The notes under the pieces: generated by a model
Seen by the model: the letters and a program-made list of their open reading frames with translations, nothing else
The model's database searches: none
Told to the model about the DNA's origin: nothing
IMG/VR virus record: IMGVR_UViG_3300028394_000034
DNA: 64,000 nt
Direction: 5' to 3' (one strand)
From: a virus
Translations under genes and position numbers: made by a program
Shown: one piece after another, positions 38,271-46,553 of the stretch
Layout of the letters: every line of letters starts with the position of its first letter
Numbering within the stretch: the first letter of the stretch is position 1

Positions 38271-39931
38271 TTTGTTTGTTCTTTAATGTGGGCATATTCA
38301 ATAAAATCATCACTAAATTTTAGCTTATTAGATCTGACCTGTTCTGCCTGATTATTATTGTCTATAACTGTTTTAATGTAATCCAAGATATTCGTATAGG
38401 GATATTTTTGTATATTAGTTCCATGCAAAGAGAAACCATAATCAGCTTCTTTCAACATGGTTAAAAAAGACATGGAACTCATTTGTGAAGGATCTTTTAA
38501 AGACAAAGAACATATTTTATTGGTTGTCTCGAAAAAACTCTTGTGATCAGGTTTAATATCATCAGGAATCTGTAAAAGATATTGAGGATTAGTATTCCAG
38601 TCTGCTCTGTAACTTGAGTCAATTTTATCAAGATGCTTTTCCCATTTTGAAGCTATTGTATCCCAGTTATAGTGTTTCTCAGTTAAACTTCTAGTTTCTT
38701 GTCCCTTTTTAGAAAGTACTGGTTTTGGCATAGTAGCATACTTGATAATTTCTTGAGTTAGCTGATCATTGTCTGGATATACCCTTATTGCTTTTGTCTC
38801 CAGCTCTTTAAACTTTGTTTTTGGTACAATAGGGGTTGCTTCTAACTTGTCAACAATATCACACATAGCGCTATAATCTACTGTTATAATTGGAAGGCCG
38901 CAAGCACCAGCTTCCACCTGTGGCATACCAAAACCTTCGCATATAGAATATTGAACATAGATATCAAATAAATTATATACCATGCTCAATTGCGTTGTAT
39001 TAATACCATTAGTAACAGACGGCATAACCATAGACTTTTCTAAACACTTACCACAAACTTTTGAAGCTCCAACAAAAGTACTACAATTAATAGTATTGCA
39101 TTTTTTACAAACATATGTAAATAAAACCTTATTTGTTAGTCTGTTTTCTTTTAGTAGCTCTGGGATATCCCAGCCTGCATCTGGATAACTTGTGTGTAGA
39201 TATAGAAATAGTTTACTTCCAAGCTCTGGATTGCTATCTTCTAGTAGGTCTAGGGACTTTCTAAAAGAAGACATGAGTTCTGGAATTAGTTTTCTTTTTT
39301 GATTACGCATCACGGATCCAACAATAAAACTATCCGAAGGAATATTGAACATTCCTCTTAGTTCTGTTTTTTCTGGGATTATTTTGAAAGTGTCTAGATC
39401 AACACCCGGAGAAGTTGTATCTATATAGTTTATGCGATTAGAGCTTTGTCTTTTTAATACGTCTGCACCCCAATCAGAATAGGTAAAAACACTGTCGGCA
39501 GATATGAAGGTGTCTATCCATTCTTCTTGTTGTGGCTCTGAATCTACAGTTGGCATCAAGATCCAGTGAAAATATTTCCTTAATGGAGATTGTGCTTGGT
39601 AAGCAGTCATCCAATAGTCTCTAACGTCTATTACTACGTCTGGTTGAAAGTCTAATAAAACCTTTTCAAACCTCCATCGTCCAAACTGATTCTCTCCTCT
39701 AGACATATACTCTTTATGTCTTGGATCAGTATCTCTAACAGCATTAGCATAGTATCTCCAAGGAATCTCCCTGTCTCTTGGATCATTTACTATCCCATAA
39801 GAAGCAAATTCTGCAATATCATATTTACCAGTTTTATATAGTCGATTTAATATTTCTTTAACATAAGTGGCAAAACCAGAACTTAAGAAACTAGCTTCGG
39901 AACACATCAAGATTTTTAATTTTTGTTTCAT
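38267..39931 (-). CDS. Glycosyltransferase family 4 (GT-B) with CxxC insertion
   Basis: SGFATYVKEIL; VGSVMRNQKRK; FDIYVQYSICEGFGMPQVEAGACGLPII (EGFG-x4-E signature); CKKC/CGKC insert. Confidence 0.9.
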   Translation of the reverse strand: MKQKLKILMCSEASFLSSGFATYVKEILNRLYKTGKYDIAEFASYGIVNDPRDREIPWRYYANAVRDTDPRHKEYMSRGENQFGRWRFEKVLLDFQPDVVIDVRDYWMTAYQAQSPLRKYFHWILMPTVDSEPQQEEWIDTFISADSVFTYSDWGADVLKRQSSNRINYIDTTSPGVDLDTFKIIPEKTELRGMFNIPSDSFIVGSVMRNQKRKLIPELMSSFRKSLDLLEDSNPELGSKLFLYLHTSYPDAGWDIPELLKENRLTNKVLFTYVCKKCNTINCSTFVGASKVCGKCLEKSMVMPSVTNGINTTQLSMVYNLFDIYVQYSICEGFGMPQVEAGACGLPIITVDYSAMCDIVDKLEATPIVPKTKFKELETKAIRVYPDNDQLTQEIIKYATMPKPVLSKKGQETRSLTEKHYNWDTIASKWEKHLDKIDSSYRADWNTNPQYLLQIPDDIKPDHKSFFETTNKICSLSLKDPSQMSSMSFLTMLKEADYGFSLHGTNIQKYPYTNILDYIKTVIDNNNQAEQVRSNKLKFSDDFIEYAHIKEQTK

Positions 39932-39949
39932 ATGATATTAATAAGAAGC

Positions 39950-39972
39950 AGGGGGCATTTAGCCCCCTTTTT
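39950..39972. terminator. GC-rich hairpin, probable intrinsic terminator after ssb
   Basis: AGGGGGC-ATTTA-GCCCCCT followed by TTTT. The U-tract is stronger on the + strand, so it may be bidirectional. Confidence 0.6.
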
Positions 39973-39999
39973 CTTGTTTGAGATATTGAGAATAATAAA

Positions 40000-40371
40000 T
40001 CAGAAAGCTACTGCTTCTGATTCCTCTGTCTTGGTATTCTTAGAAAGCTTAGTAATCTTCGAGAAATTATTTACTCGAACCTTCAAACTACTATGCTTAA
40101 CACCGTCCTTCTCCCATGTGTCGTTTCTCAAAGAGCCTTCAACTAGGACCAGATCACCCTTCCTAAAAGAAGAGCCAATCATCTCAGCACCAGTATCCCA
40201 TGCTTCGCAGTTAATAAAAGATGTGACCTTATCCTTATCTCCACTAGCCTTGGTATATTCCCTAGATACAGCAATAGTAAAATTCACTACTGATGTCTGC
40301 TTACCTCCAGTATTCACAACGCGAAGTTCTGGATCCCTAGCTAGATTTCCTCTCAAAATAGTAATATTCAT
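40000..40371 (-). CDS. ssb: Single-stranded DNA-binding protein
   Basis: MNITILRGNLARDPELR...VVNFTIAV...SFINCEAW...LVLVEGSL..W...acidic tail EESEAVAF; AAGGAG SD before the ATG at 40371. Confidence 0.95.
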   Translation of the reverse strand: MNITILRGNLARDPELRVVNTGGKQTSVVNFTIAVSREYTKASGDKDKVTSFINCEAWDTGAEMIGSSFRKGDLVLVEGSLRNDTWEKDGVKHSSLKVRVNNFSKITKLSKNTKTEESEAVAF

Positions 40372-40413
40372 TATCAAACTCCTTGGTAAAACAAAAAACG
40401 TCCGCAACAACAT

Positions 40414-40441
40414 ATCATAAACTCAGGGTGTTCAGTGTCAA
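40414..40441 (-). promoter_or_regulatory. Sigma70-type promoter upstream of ssb
   Basis: TTGACA (40441-36), 16-nt spacer, TATGAT (40419-14). Confidence 0.55.
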
Positions 40442-42066
40442 GAGACTGGATTAAAGCATTTTTCAACAATCAAACCATCCTTATTCTTGGCCTTATTTCC
40501 TGTAAAAATCAGAATATTTCCAATGAACATATGAGTCTTGTACTTTGTCCACTGCTCAGGAAACATAATAATAGAATCCAACATTCCTGTTTGATCTTCT
40601 ATACTAATAAAAGCCATATCAAGCCCAGGAGTTTTTCCTGTTTTAGTCTTCACGACATTAATATTACAAATTTCTCCTGCAATAATAATATTAGAAGATA
40701 AGCCAGAATTTTTAAAGGTTTTACAATCGGTATTTGCCATGCTTATATCGTAAGAATCTAACTTGGAACATGTAATTGCTGCTCCAAGCAAAGAGTTCTC
40801 AGAATCAGACAACCACTCTATTTTATCTATAAGAGAGTATGGTGGATGGTCTATGGATTTAATCAGATTGATCAGTACCTCTAATCTCTTTTTAGTAGCC
40901 AGCTTAGTAGTAACCATATGAACTAATACATCTTTAATAGATTTGAATGTTCCTTGGTTGACTAAATTCTGAAAATTCTCTAATTCTTTGGTAGTTAAAC
41001 TTGAACATATTTCATACTCAAATAACATCTCTGTTCTATTCATCTTAACAAAGTCTAATGCTCCACAAGAAATGAGAGATTTGGTTGCTGTAGAGTTAAT
41101 TCTTAATAAGATTTTTAAGAGAACCTCCATCCAAGACATTTTATACATATCTTTGTCTTGAGATAGCTCTTTTATCTTCTTATAAACAGATGCTCCAACT
41201 CCTTTTATATCTGTTAATCCAAAAAAGATTTTTTTGTCATGTATTGTAAAATACTCATTAAGTAATCTTATATCAGGAATATGAACATCCACACTCATTT
41301 CGTTGGCATTTCTGACCAATTCTTTTATCTCTTGCTGTGGATCTATTTTATCTTTAGCAAATTTTAAGTATGAAGCAAAGAACACCTTTGGAAAATGAGC
41401 TTTTGTATATGCTGATAAATAAGCATTAATAGCATATGAAACAGCATGGGATTTGTTAAAGGAGTATCTTTGGCTTTTTTCAATCCAGCTAAATATCTCT
41501 TCTGCTTGAGATTCAGAGACAATATTTAGAGATTTAGAACCATCTAAAAACTTTTTCTTAACCTTTGCCATTTCTTCTGGTTTCTTTTTACCAATAGCTT
41601 TTCTGAGCATATCGGCTTCTTTAAGATCAAAACCAGCAACATTCTTGGCTATTTCCATTGCCTGTTCCTGATAAATCATTTCTCCATAACTTGACTTTAA
41701 TGAAGATTCTAGAGCGGGATGAAAATAGTCAACACTCTCTAGACCATTCTTTTTGTCCATAAAGTGATTGGATACAGATTTACCATCTCTAAAAGCTTCC
41801 AAGCAGCCCGGCCTCATAATACTAATGAGGGCAGAAAGTTGCTCTATATTTTCTGGCTTAAGTTTTTTGGCCATAGATTGGCCCAGTCTAGACTCCAACT
41901 GAAAACAACCCTTAGTGTTGCCTGATGAGATTAATTCCCATGTTCTTGAACACTCCAAATTAATAGTTTCGATTTTAGGAGAAAAATCTATTCTTGGAAA
42001 ATCTTCGTTCTTCTTCTCTAAAACACGAAATCTACAACCACAATCAAAACCAAAATACTCAGTCAT
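40438..42066 (-). CDS. dnaE: DNA polymerase III alpha, C-terminal part (fingers, HhH, OB-fold)
   Basis: GCFQLES, ISIMRPG, YGEMIYQEQAM, ADMLRKAIGKK, YSFNKSHAVSYA, FGLTDIKGVG, MAFISIEDQTG. Confidence 0.93.
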   Translation of the reverse strand: MTEYFGFDCGCRFRVLEKKNEDFPRIDFSPKIETINLECSRTWELISSGNTKGCFQLESRLGQSMAKKLKPENIEQLSALISIMRPGCLEAFRDGKSVSNHFMDKKNGLESVDYFHPALESSLKSSYGEMIYQEQAMEIAKNVAGFDLKEADMLRKAIGKKKPEEMAKVKKKFLDGSKSLNIVSESQAEEIFSWIEKSQRYSFNKSHAVSYAINAYLSAYTKAHFPKVFFASYLKFAKDKIDPQQEIKELVRNANEMSVDVHIPDIRLLNEYFTIHDKKIFFGLTDIKGVGASVYKKIKELSQDKDMYKMSWMEVLLKILLRINSTATKSLISCGALDFVKMNRTEMLFEYEICSSLTTKELENFQNLVNQGTFKSIKDVLVHMVTTKLATKKRLEVLINLIKSIDHPPYSLIDKIEWLSDSENSLLGAAITCSKLDSYDISMANTDCKTFKNSGLSSNIIIAGEICNINVVKTKTGKTPGLDMAFISIEDQTGMLDSIIMFPEQWTKYKTHMFIGNILIFTGNKAKNKDGLIVEKCFNPVS

Positions 42067-42754
42067 TTAAAAATGATCCTCTAAACTTTACTTTTGCAGA
42101 AACTGTCCTGTGTAGCTTTAGAAACCTAATCAAAATTTGAGCAGTATCCTTAACGTCTTTTAGAGCGTCATGGGCACCTTCTTTATCTATTCCTAGATAG
42201 TCTCTCAAATTATCTAACGTATAGTTCTTAAGCTCGTTTGAATTTTCAAACCAATAAAAAATAACATTCATAACATCAATAACATCTCTTGGATAAAAGA
42301 TGCTTGATCGTCCTTCTTTGTTGGTATTATTATACTTGACACTTAGTCTTTCAATAATCCTTAAGTCGAACCTATTAATGTTATATCCAGCAGCTATGGG
42401 AGCACTAAAGCAAGACTTCTTTTCCGATCTTGTATGATACATATCAAGATAAGAAACGAACATTTTCCAACCCTGATCCTGCTTTTGATATTCGTGCCAA
42501 CCTTTAAGAATTTCTTCTTTTGAAGATCCTCTTACTTTGGCATGAAAATCTAAAACATCACTATCTGAATAATCATATTTAGGATTATCCTGAATAGCGA
42601 GAGGTCTTAAGTTAGTATTAAACTCTGAGTCTGGTATAACCTCTAATTTAAGAGGATCCACCATAACAGCAGCAATTTGAACCGGACTACAAACGTCTGG
42701 ATTAATTCCATCCGTTTCTAGATCAAAAACACAGATTTTTTGGAAATTAGGCAT
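42059..42754 (-). CDS. DEDDh 3'-5' exonuclease (DnaQ/epsilon-like)
   Basis: FDLETDG, AGYNINRFDL, GAHDALKDV. Confidence 0.9.
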   Translation of the reverse strand: MPNFQKICVFDLETDGINPDVCSPVQIAAVMVDPLKLEVIPDSEFNTNLRPLAIQDNPKYDYSDSDVLDFHAKVRGSSKEEILKGWHEYQKQDQGWKMFVSYLDMYHTRSEKKSCFSAPIAAGYNINRFDLRIIERLSVKYNNTNKEGRSSIFYPRDVIDVMNVIFYWFENSNELKNYTLDNLRDYLGIDKEGAHDALKDVKDTAQILIRFLKLHRTVSAKVKFRGSFLND

Positions 42755-42926
42755 TTACGGTAACTATAGTTTCATCCTGGATAAATGGACGGTTATTAGA
42801 ATTGTCAACAGCCTGAGCGTTAACAGATTGACAACAACTGACTCGTACTGACTCAGTTTTGATGAACTCGACACCACCTATAATAAATCGGCCACCGACA
42901 GGTACATCAACAAACTTTTTATCCAT
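42747..42926 (-). CDS. Small hypothetical protein (59 aa), absent from the ORF track
   Basis: My translation: MDKKFVDVPVGGRFIIGGVEFIKTESVRVSCCQSVNAQAVDNSNNRPFIQDETIVTVNA; GGAG SD inside the dnaE-N 3' end; overlaps the exonuclease ATG. Confidence 0.7.
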   Translation of the reverse strand: MDKKFVDVPVGGRFIIGGVEFIKTESVRVSCCQSVNAQAVDNSNNRPFIQDETIVTVNA

Positions 42927-42928
42927 GG

Positions 42929-44794
42929 TTATTCTCCGTTTTTTAGGATATCTGATATGTTCATAATTTTATCTAGCATCGCTACACCCAAAATATCAAA
43001 CTTAATAATCCCCAAAGACTCTAAATCTTGCATTTCCATACCAGCAATACTTTGTTGGTTTTTGGAATCGTATATCATAGGACAAACTGAGGATAAATCT
43101 TCACTACTAATAACCACACCAGCGGCGTGTTTAGATTGATTAGATTTGGTTCCTTCAAGTCTGATTGCCTGTTCAAACCTCTTTGCTAAAGGCCCTGCCA
43201 ATTCATTGTCCTCATTAATATAACACCATTCTTTTAGCTTGTCAATATTGTTTTCTAGCGCCCAACGAATAATAGAAGCTTCTCCGGTATCTTCCTTCAT
43301 TTCTTGTAATTCGTCTGCAATTTTAGCTTCATCTGGTATATTCTTTGTTATTCTGTTCATTTCTTCAAAAGAAATGTTGTCATATACTCTTAAAACTTCT
43401 TTTAAAGCCCCTCTTCCCTTCATAGTATTATATGTAATCATTTGAGAAACTTTATTTTGACCATATTTTTCTTTAATATACTCAATAATAGCTTCTCTTT
43501 TATTAATTGGTACGTCAACATCAATATCTGGCATGGAAATACGATCTTTTGTATTTCGGCCAGAATTATAAAATCTCTCGAAAATTAAATTATACCGGAT
43601 CGGGTCAATGGATGTGATACCAATTAAATAAGAGACCAGACAGCCCGCAGCAGAGCCTCTGCCGGGGCCGGGAAGCCAGCCAGACCTACGAACTTGATCA
43701 ACTATGTCTGACACTATCAAGAAGTAGCTAGACAGACCAGCACCCTGCAATACTTCTAGTTCGTATTTGATTCGGTCTACATATTGAGTTTGTTCTTCAA
43801 CAGATATACTATTAGCTATTTTCTCTCTCCATCCATTACGGCATAATTGTCTCAAATATTCGTCTGGATTATATCCTTCTGGACATTTGAATGGTGGCAA
43901 TGCTGGCTTTTGCAGAATATCGTATTCTTCACACAAACTATCTACATAGTTGGTATTCTCTATCTCCTCAGAAGTATGAATTTCGGCCATTTCTTCTGGA
44001 GACAGAATATGGAATTTATCAGACTTAAAAAAGCATCCCATGGGGATATTTTCATTGTTCAATAATTTTTTATTAATATCTACCAATGTAGTCTTGAGAT
44101 TATTACATAACAGGATTCTTTGATCTATAGAATCTGACTGTTCACAATAATGAGCATCTGGTGTGCAGATTACTTTTGTATTAGTAATCCTACCAATCCT
44201 TCTAATATGTTCTGTCATTTCAATTTGGTCTGGGGAATTCTCTTGATCCATTAATTGTGTTTCAAGGAAAAAATTCTCTTTACCAAACATTGACTTCATT
44301 TTACTAACAAATTCTGTTCCAGCTTTATCTATTTCCGTTTTGGTATCTTGAATTAAATCAGACAAAGAAGATCCTAGATGTCCACAGAAGCCAATTATAT
44401 TTCCATCTAAAAGAGGAGCTAACTTATCAAGACTAAGTCTTGGCTTATGATAAAAATTATCCTTATTATTAGTTTCAGAAACTATCTTGATTAGAGTTTT
44501 CCAACCATCATAGTTTTTTGCTAATAATAGAAAATGACTCAGATCATTATTCTCTTTGGTCTTGATTGTTGAATCATTCTTACTAACATAGATTTCACAA
44601 CCTATGATTGGTTTAATGCCTTTGCTCTTGACTGCTTGATAAAATTGTACAGAACCTGAGATAGTTCCGTGATCTGTGATAGCACAAGACTTTACTCCTA
44701 TCTTGGAGCATCTTTCTGCTATTTGACTAGGCTTACTAAGACCATCAAGCAAACTGTAATGTGAGTGTACATGCAAAGGTATATAGTTTTTCAT
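42929..44794 (-). CDS. dnaE: DNA polymerase III alpha, N-terminal part (PHP and palm)
   Basis: LHVHSHYSLLDG, ITDHG, GCEIY, DAHY, GPGRGSAAG, FERF, MPDIDVD, HAAGVVIS, KFDILG. Confidence 0.95.
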   Translation of the reverse strand: MKNYIPLHVHSHYSLLDGLSKPSQIAERCSKIGVKSCAITDHGTISGSVQFYQAVKSKGIKPIIGCEIYVSKNDSTIKTKENNDLSHFLLLAKNYDGWKTLIKIVSETNNKDNFYHKPRLSLDKLAPLLDGNIIGFCGHLGSSLSDLIQDTKTEIDKAGTEFVSKMKSMFGKENFFLETQLMDQENSPDQIEMTEHIRRIGRITNTKVICTPDAHYCEQSDSIDQRILLCNNLKTTLVDINKKLLNNENIPMGCFFKSDKFHILSPEEMAEIHTSEEIENTNYVDSLCEEYDILQKPALPPFKCPEGYNPDEYLRQLCRNGWREKIANSISVEEQTQYVDRIKYELEVLQGAGLSSYFLIVSDIVDQVRRSGWLPGPGRGSAAGCLVSYLIGITSIDPIRYNLIFERFYNSGRNTKDRISMPDIDVDVPINKREAIIEYIKEKYGQNKVSQMITYNTMKGRGALKEVLRVYDNISFEEMNRITKNIPDEAKIADELQEMKEDTGEASIIRWALENNIDKLKEWCYINEDNELAGPLAKRFEQAIRLEGTKSNQSKHAAGVVISSEDLSSVCPMIYDSKNQQSIAGMEMQDLESLGIIKFDILGVAMLDKIMNISDILKNGE

Positions 44795-45873
44795 TCTGTA
44801 CTTCCGGGAGCTTTATACTTTCCAAATGAGTGATTGGTGTGTTTATATTCTTCAATAACTTTATTCATACCATTCATGTCGATATCGTGCTTAATCTGTT
44901 CACATTTAGTCATAACAGAACCAACTGAACATTGTTGATTTTCTCGATATTCGATCTGTGGTAATATATTAGAATTTTCAAAAGTAGTTTTACCAAAATG
45001 ACATAGCTTACTGCACATCCAGCTTTTATTTAGTTTAGGCTTTCTGGTATTTTTAACAATCTCAAACTTCTTTCTTAGCATTTCTTCTGTTTTTGGCAAA
45101 TCACTTTTATCGAAACAAATTGAAAAGGGACCACCATCATTGATGAAGTATATTGAAAATATAATATGATCTATCTTAGGATATAGATTACTAATAGCAT
45201 AATGGTATATTCTTAACTGAGGATCATCTTGTAATTTCTCTAAGGTTTTTTCTTGTCCTGTCGCCCAATCCAAGCGTCGGCCAGTTTTCCAGTCGATGAT
45301 CTCAATCGTATTGTCGTTGACGAGGGTGATCAAGTCAATAGTTCCTTTTAAAGCTAAGTGTCCTTCAAGCTTCCCTTCGTCTGTGTCATAAGAATACTTT
45401 GCCCAAGGCTTTTTTATCTCTATATCAAAACGCTGTTCTGGACATAGGATATTCCTATTTCTTGGATCAAACATCCCACTGTTAAATTCTATTGCTTTGT
45501 AAACCCATGCGTGACAGTCCTTGTAATCTTTAACGGCCCATTTATGGTGAGGATTAGCTTCAGAATAGTATTTATAAACTTGTTCTATAATAGTATTTAG
45601 ATTATATTTTTTGGTGCTTAATTTACCAATAATATCATCGTCAATGTGGTCTTGGTTGTCTTGGAGAGCTTTTTTAATAACTGCTAAGATTTCTAATACT
45701 TTATGTACTATAGTCCCCTTATCTGCTTTTAATCCGGATGGCCCTCTCCAACCAAGCACGTATTCTGCAAAATATTGCTGTTCACACATACTATGAGTAT
45801 TATATGAGCTACTACGAAAATATGTTACTATAATGAGGACACCTCTTTTAGAATTTTTTGTATTTCCATACAT
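44791..45873 (-). CDS. Cas4/RecB-like PD-(D/E)xK exonuclease with putative 4Fe-4S cysteines
   Basis: SSSYN...C.Q.Y, GTIVHKVLE, GTIDL..., IIDWKTG, CSKLC...C. Start uncertain (possibly ATT at 45834). Confidence 0.85.
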   Translation of the reverse strand: MYGNTKNSKRGVLIIVTYFRSSSYNTHSMCEQQYFAEYVLGWRGPSGLKADKGTIVHKVLEILAVIKKALQDNQDHIDDDIIGKLSTKKYNLNTIIEQVYKYYSEANPHHKWAVKDYKDCHAWVYKAIEFNSGMFDPRNRNILCPEQRFDIEIKKPWAKYSYDTDEGKLEGHLALKGTIDLITLVNDNTIEIIDWKTGRRLDWATGQEKTLEKLQDDPQLRIYHYAISNLYPKIDHIIFSIYFINDGGPFSICFDKSDLPKTEEMLRKKFEIVKNTRKPKLNKSWMCSKLCHFGKTTFENSNILPQIEYRENQQCSVGSVMTKCEQIKHDIDMNGMNKVIEEYKHTNHSFGKYKAPGSTE

Positions 45874-46553
45874 TGATCATATATATTCATATCTTCATTA
45901 GAACATATATAATCGAAATTAGACCAGTCATAATTTTCTTTATCTAAAGCTACTTCTGCCGCAGCATCAGAATTGAATAGATTTCTTGTTAGTCTTATCA
46001 CTTTTCCATCAGCATTTTTAATACTTTCTACCTCATTAGGAAATCTACAATCCACAATAAGAGCTAGTTTTGGTTTGTCTTTTTTGATCTTATTAATGGT
46101 TGCTTCTATCCAGACATTATTTTTAAGAGTGCGAAAAATATTTGTTCCAACAATCTCCATAACTTCTCTAGCAGTTAATTGTTTATTATCCCATGTGATT
46201 TCTGTGAGATTATTTTTATCTTCATCAGAACCATAGCACTGTTGATAAGTTAATCCTAGTATATTAATACAAATATCTTGCTTTAATGTATCTGCAAAAC
46301 TATATAGTCTAATATGGGGATGTAACATATCTAATGTTTTATTGAACATATAGTCATTAGAAGTATTGGGTTTTGTTATATCAAATACTCCAGCATAATT
46401 TTTATCCCCAAATAAATCTGAAACAACAATTTCTCCATTATTATTTATGGAAATCTTTTCAGCTATTTTAAGATGAGCCATATAAACAGACAAAATAAAA
46501 TTGCCAGAAGTAGATTTTCCAGACTGCTTCTTTCCTGAAATTCCTAATATCAT
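45828..46553 (-). CDS. Deoxynucleoside monophosphate kinase (T4 gp1-like)
   Basis: ILGISGKKQSGKST, FADTLK, TAREVMEIVGT..R, DCRFPNE. Confidence 0.85.
   Translation of the reverse strand: MILGISGKKQSGKSTSGNFILSVYMAHLKIAEKISINNNGEIVVSDLFGDKNYAGVFDITKPNTSNDYMFNKTLDMLHPHIRLYSFADTLKQDICINILGLTYQQCYGSDEDKNNLTEITWDNKQLTAREVMEIVGTNIFRTLKNNVWIEATINKIKKDKPKLALIVDCRFPNEVESIKNADGKVIRLTRNLFNSDAAAEVALDKENYDWSNFDYICSNEDMNIYDQCMEIQKILKEVSSL

Noticed and set aside
41440-41480. Split intein in dnaE as in cyanobacteria
   Set aside because: YSFNKSH is contiguous, and neither fragment has intein N-terminal Cys or C-terminal His-Asn blocks.
42066-42929. Frameshift or pseudogene explanation for the dnaE split
   Set aside because: The gap holds two intact, SD-led, coupled genes, and both halves keep all key motifs.
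44791-45873. CRISPR-Cas system (Cas4-like gene)
   Set aside because: No repeat-spacer array or other cas genes; standalone Cas4-like nucleases are common in phage replication modules.
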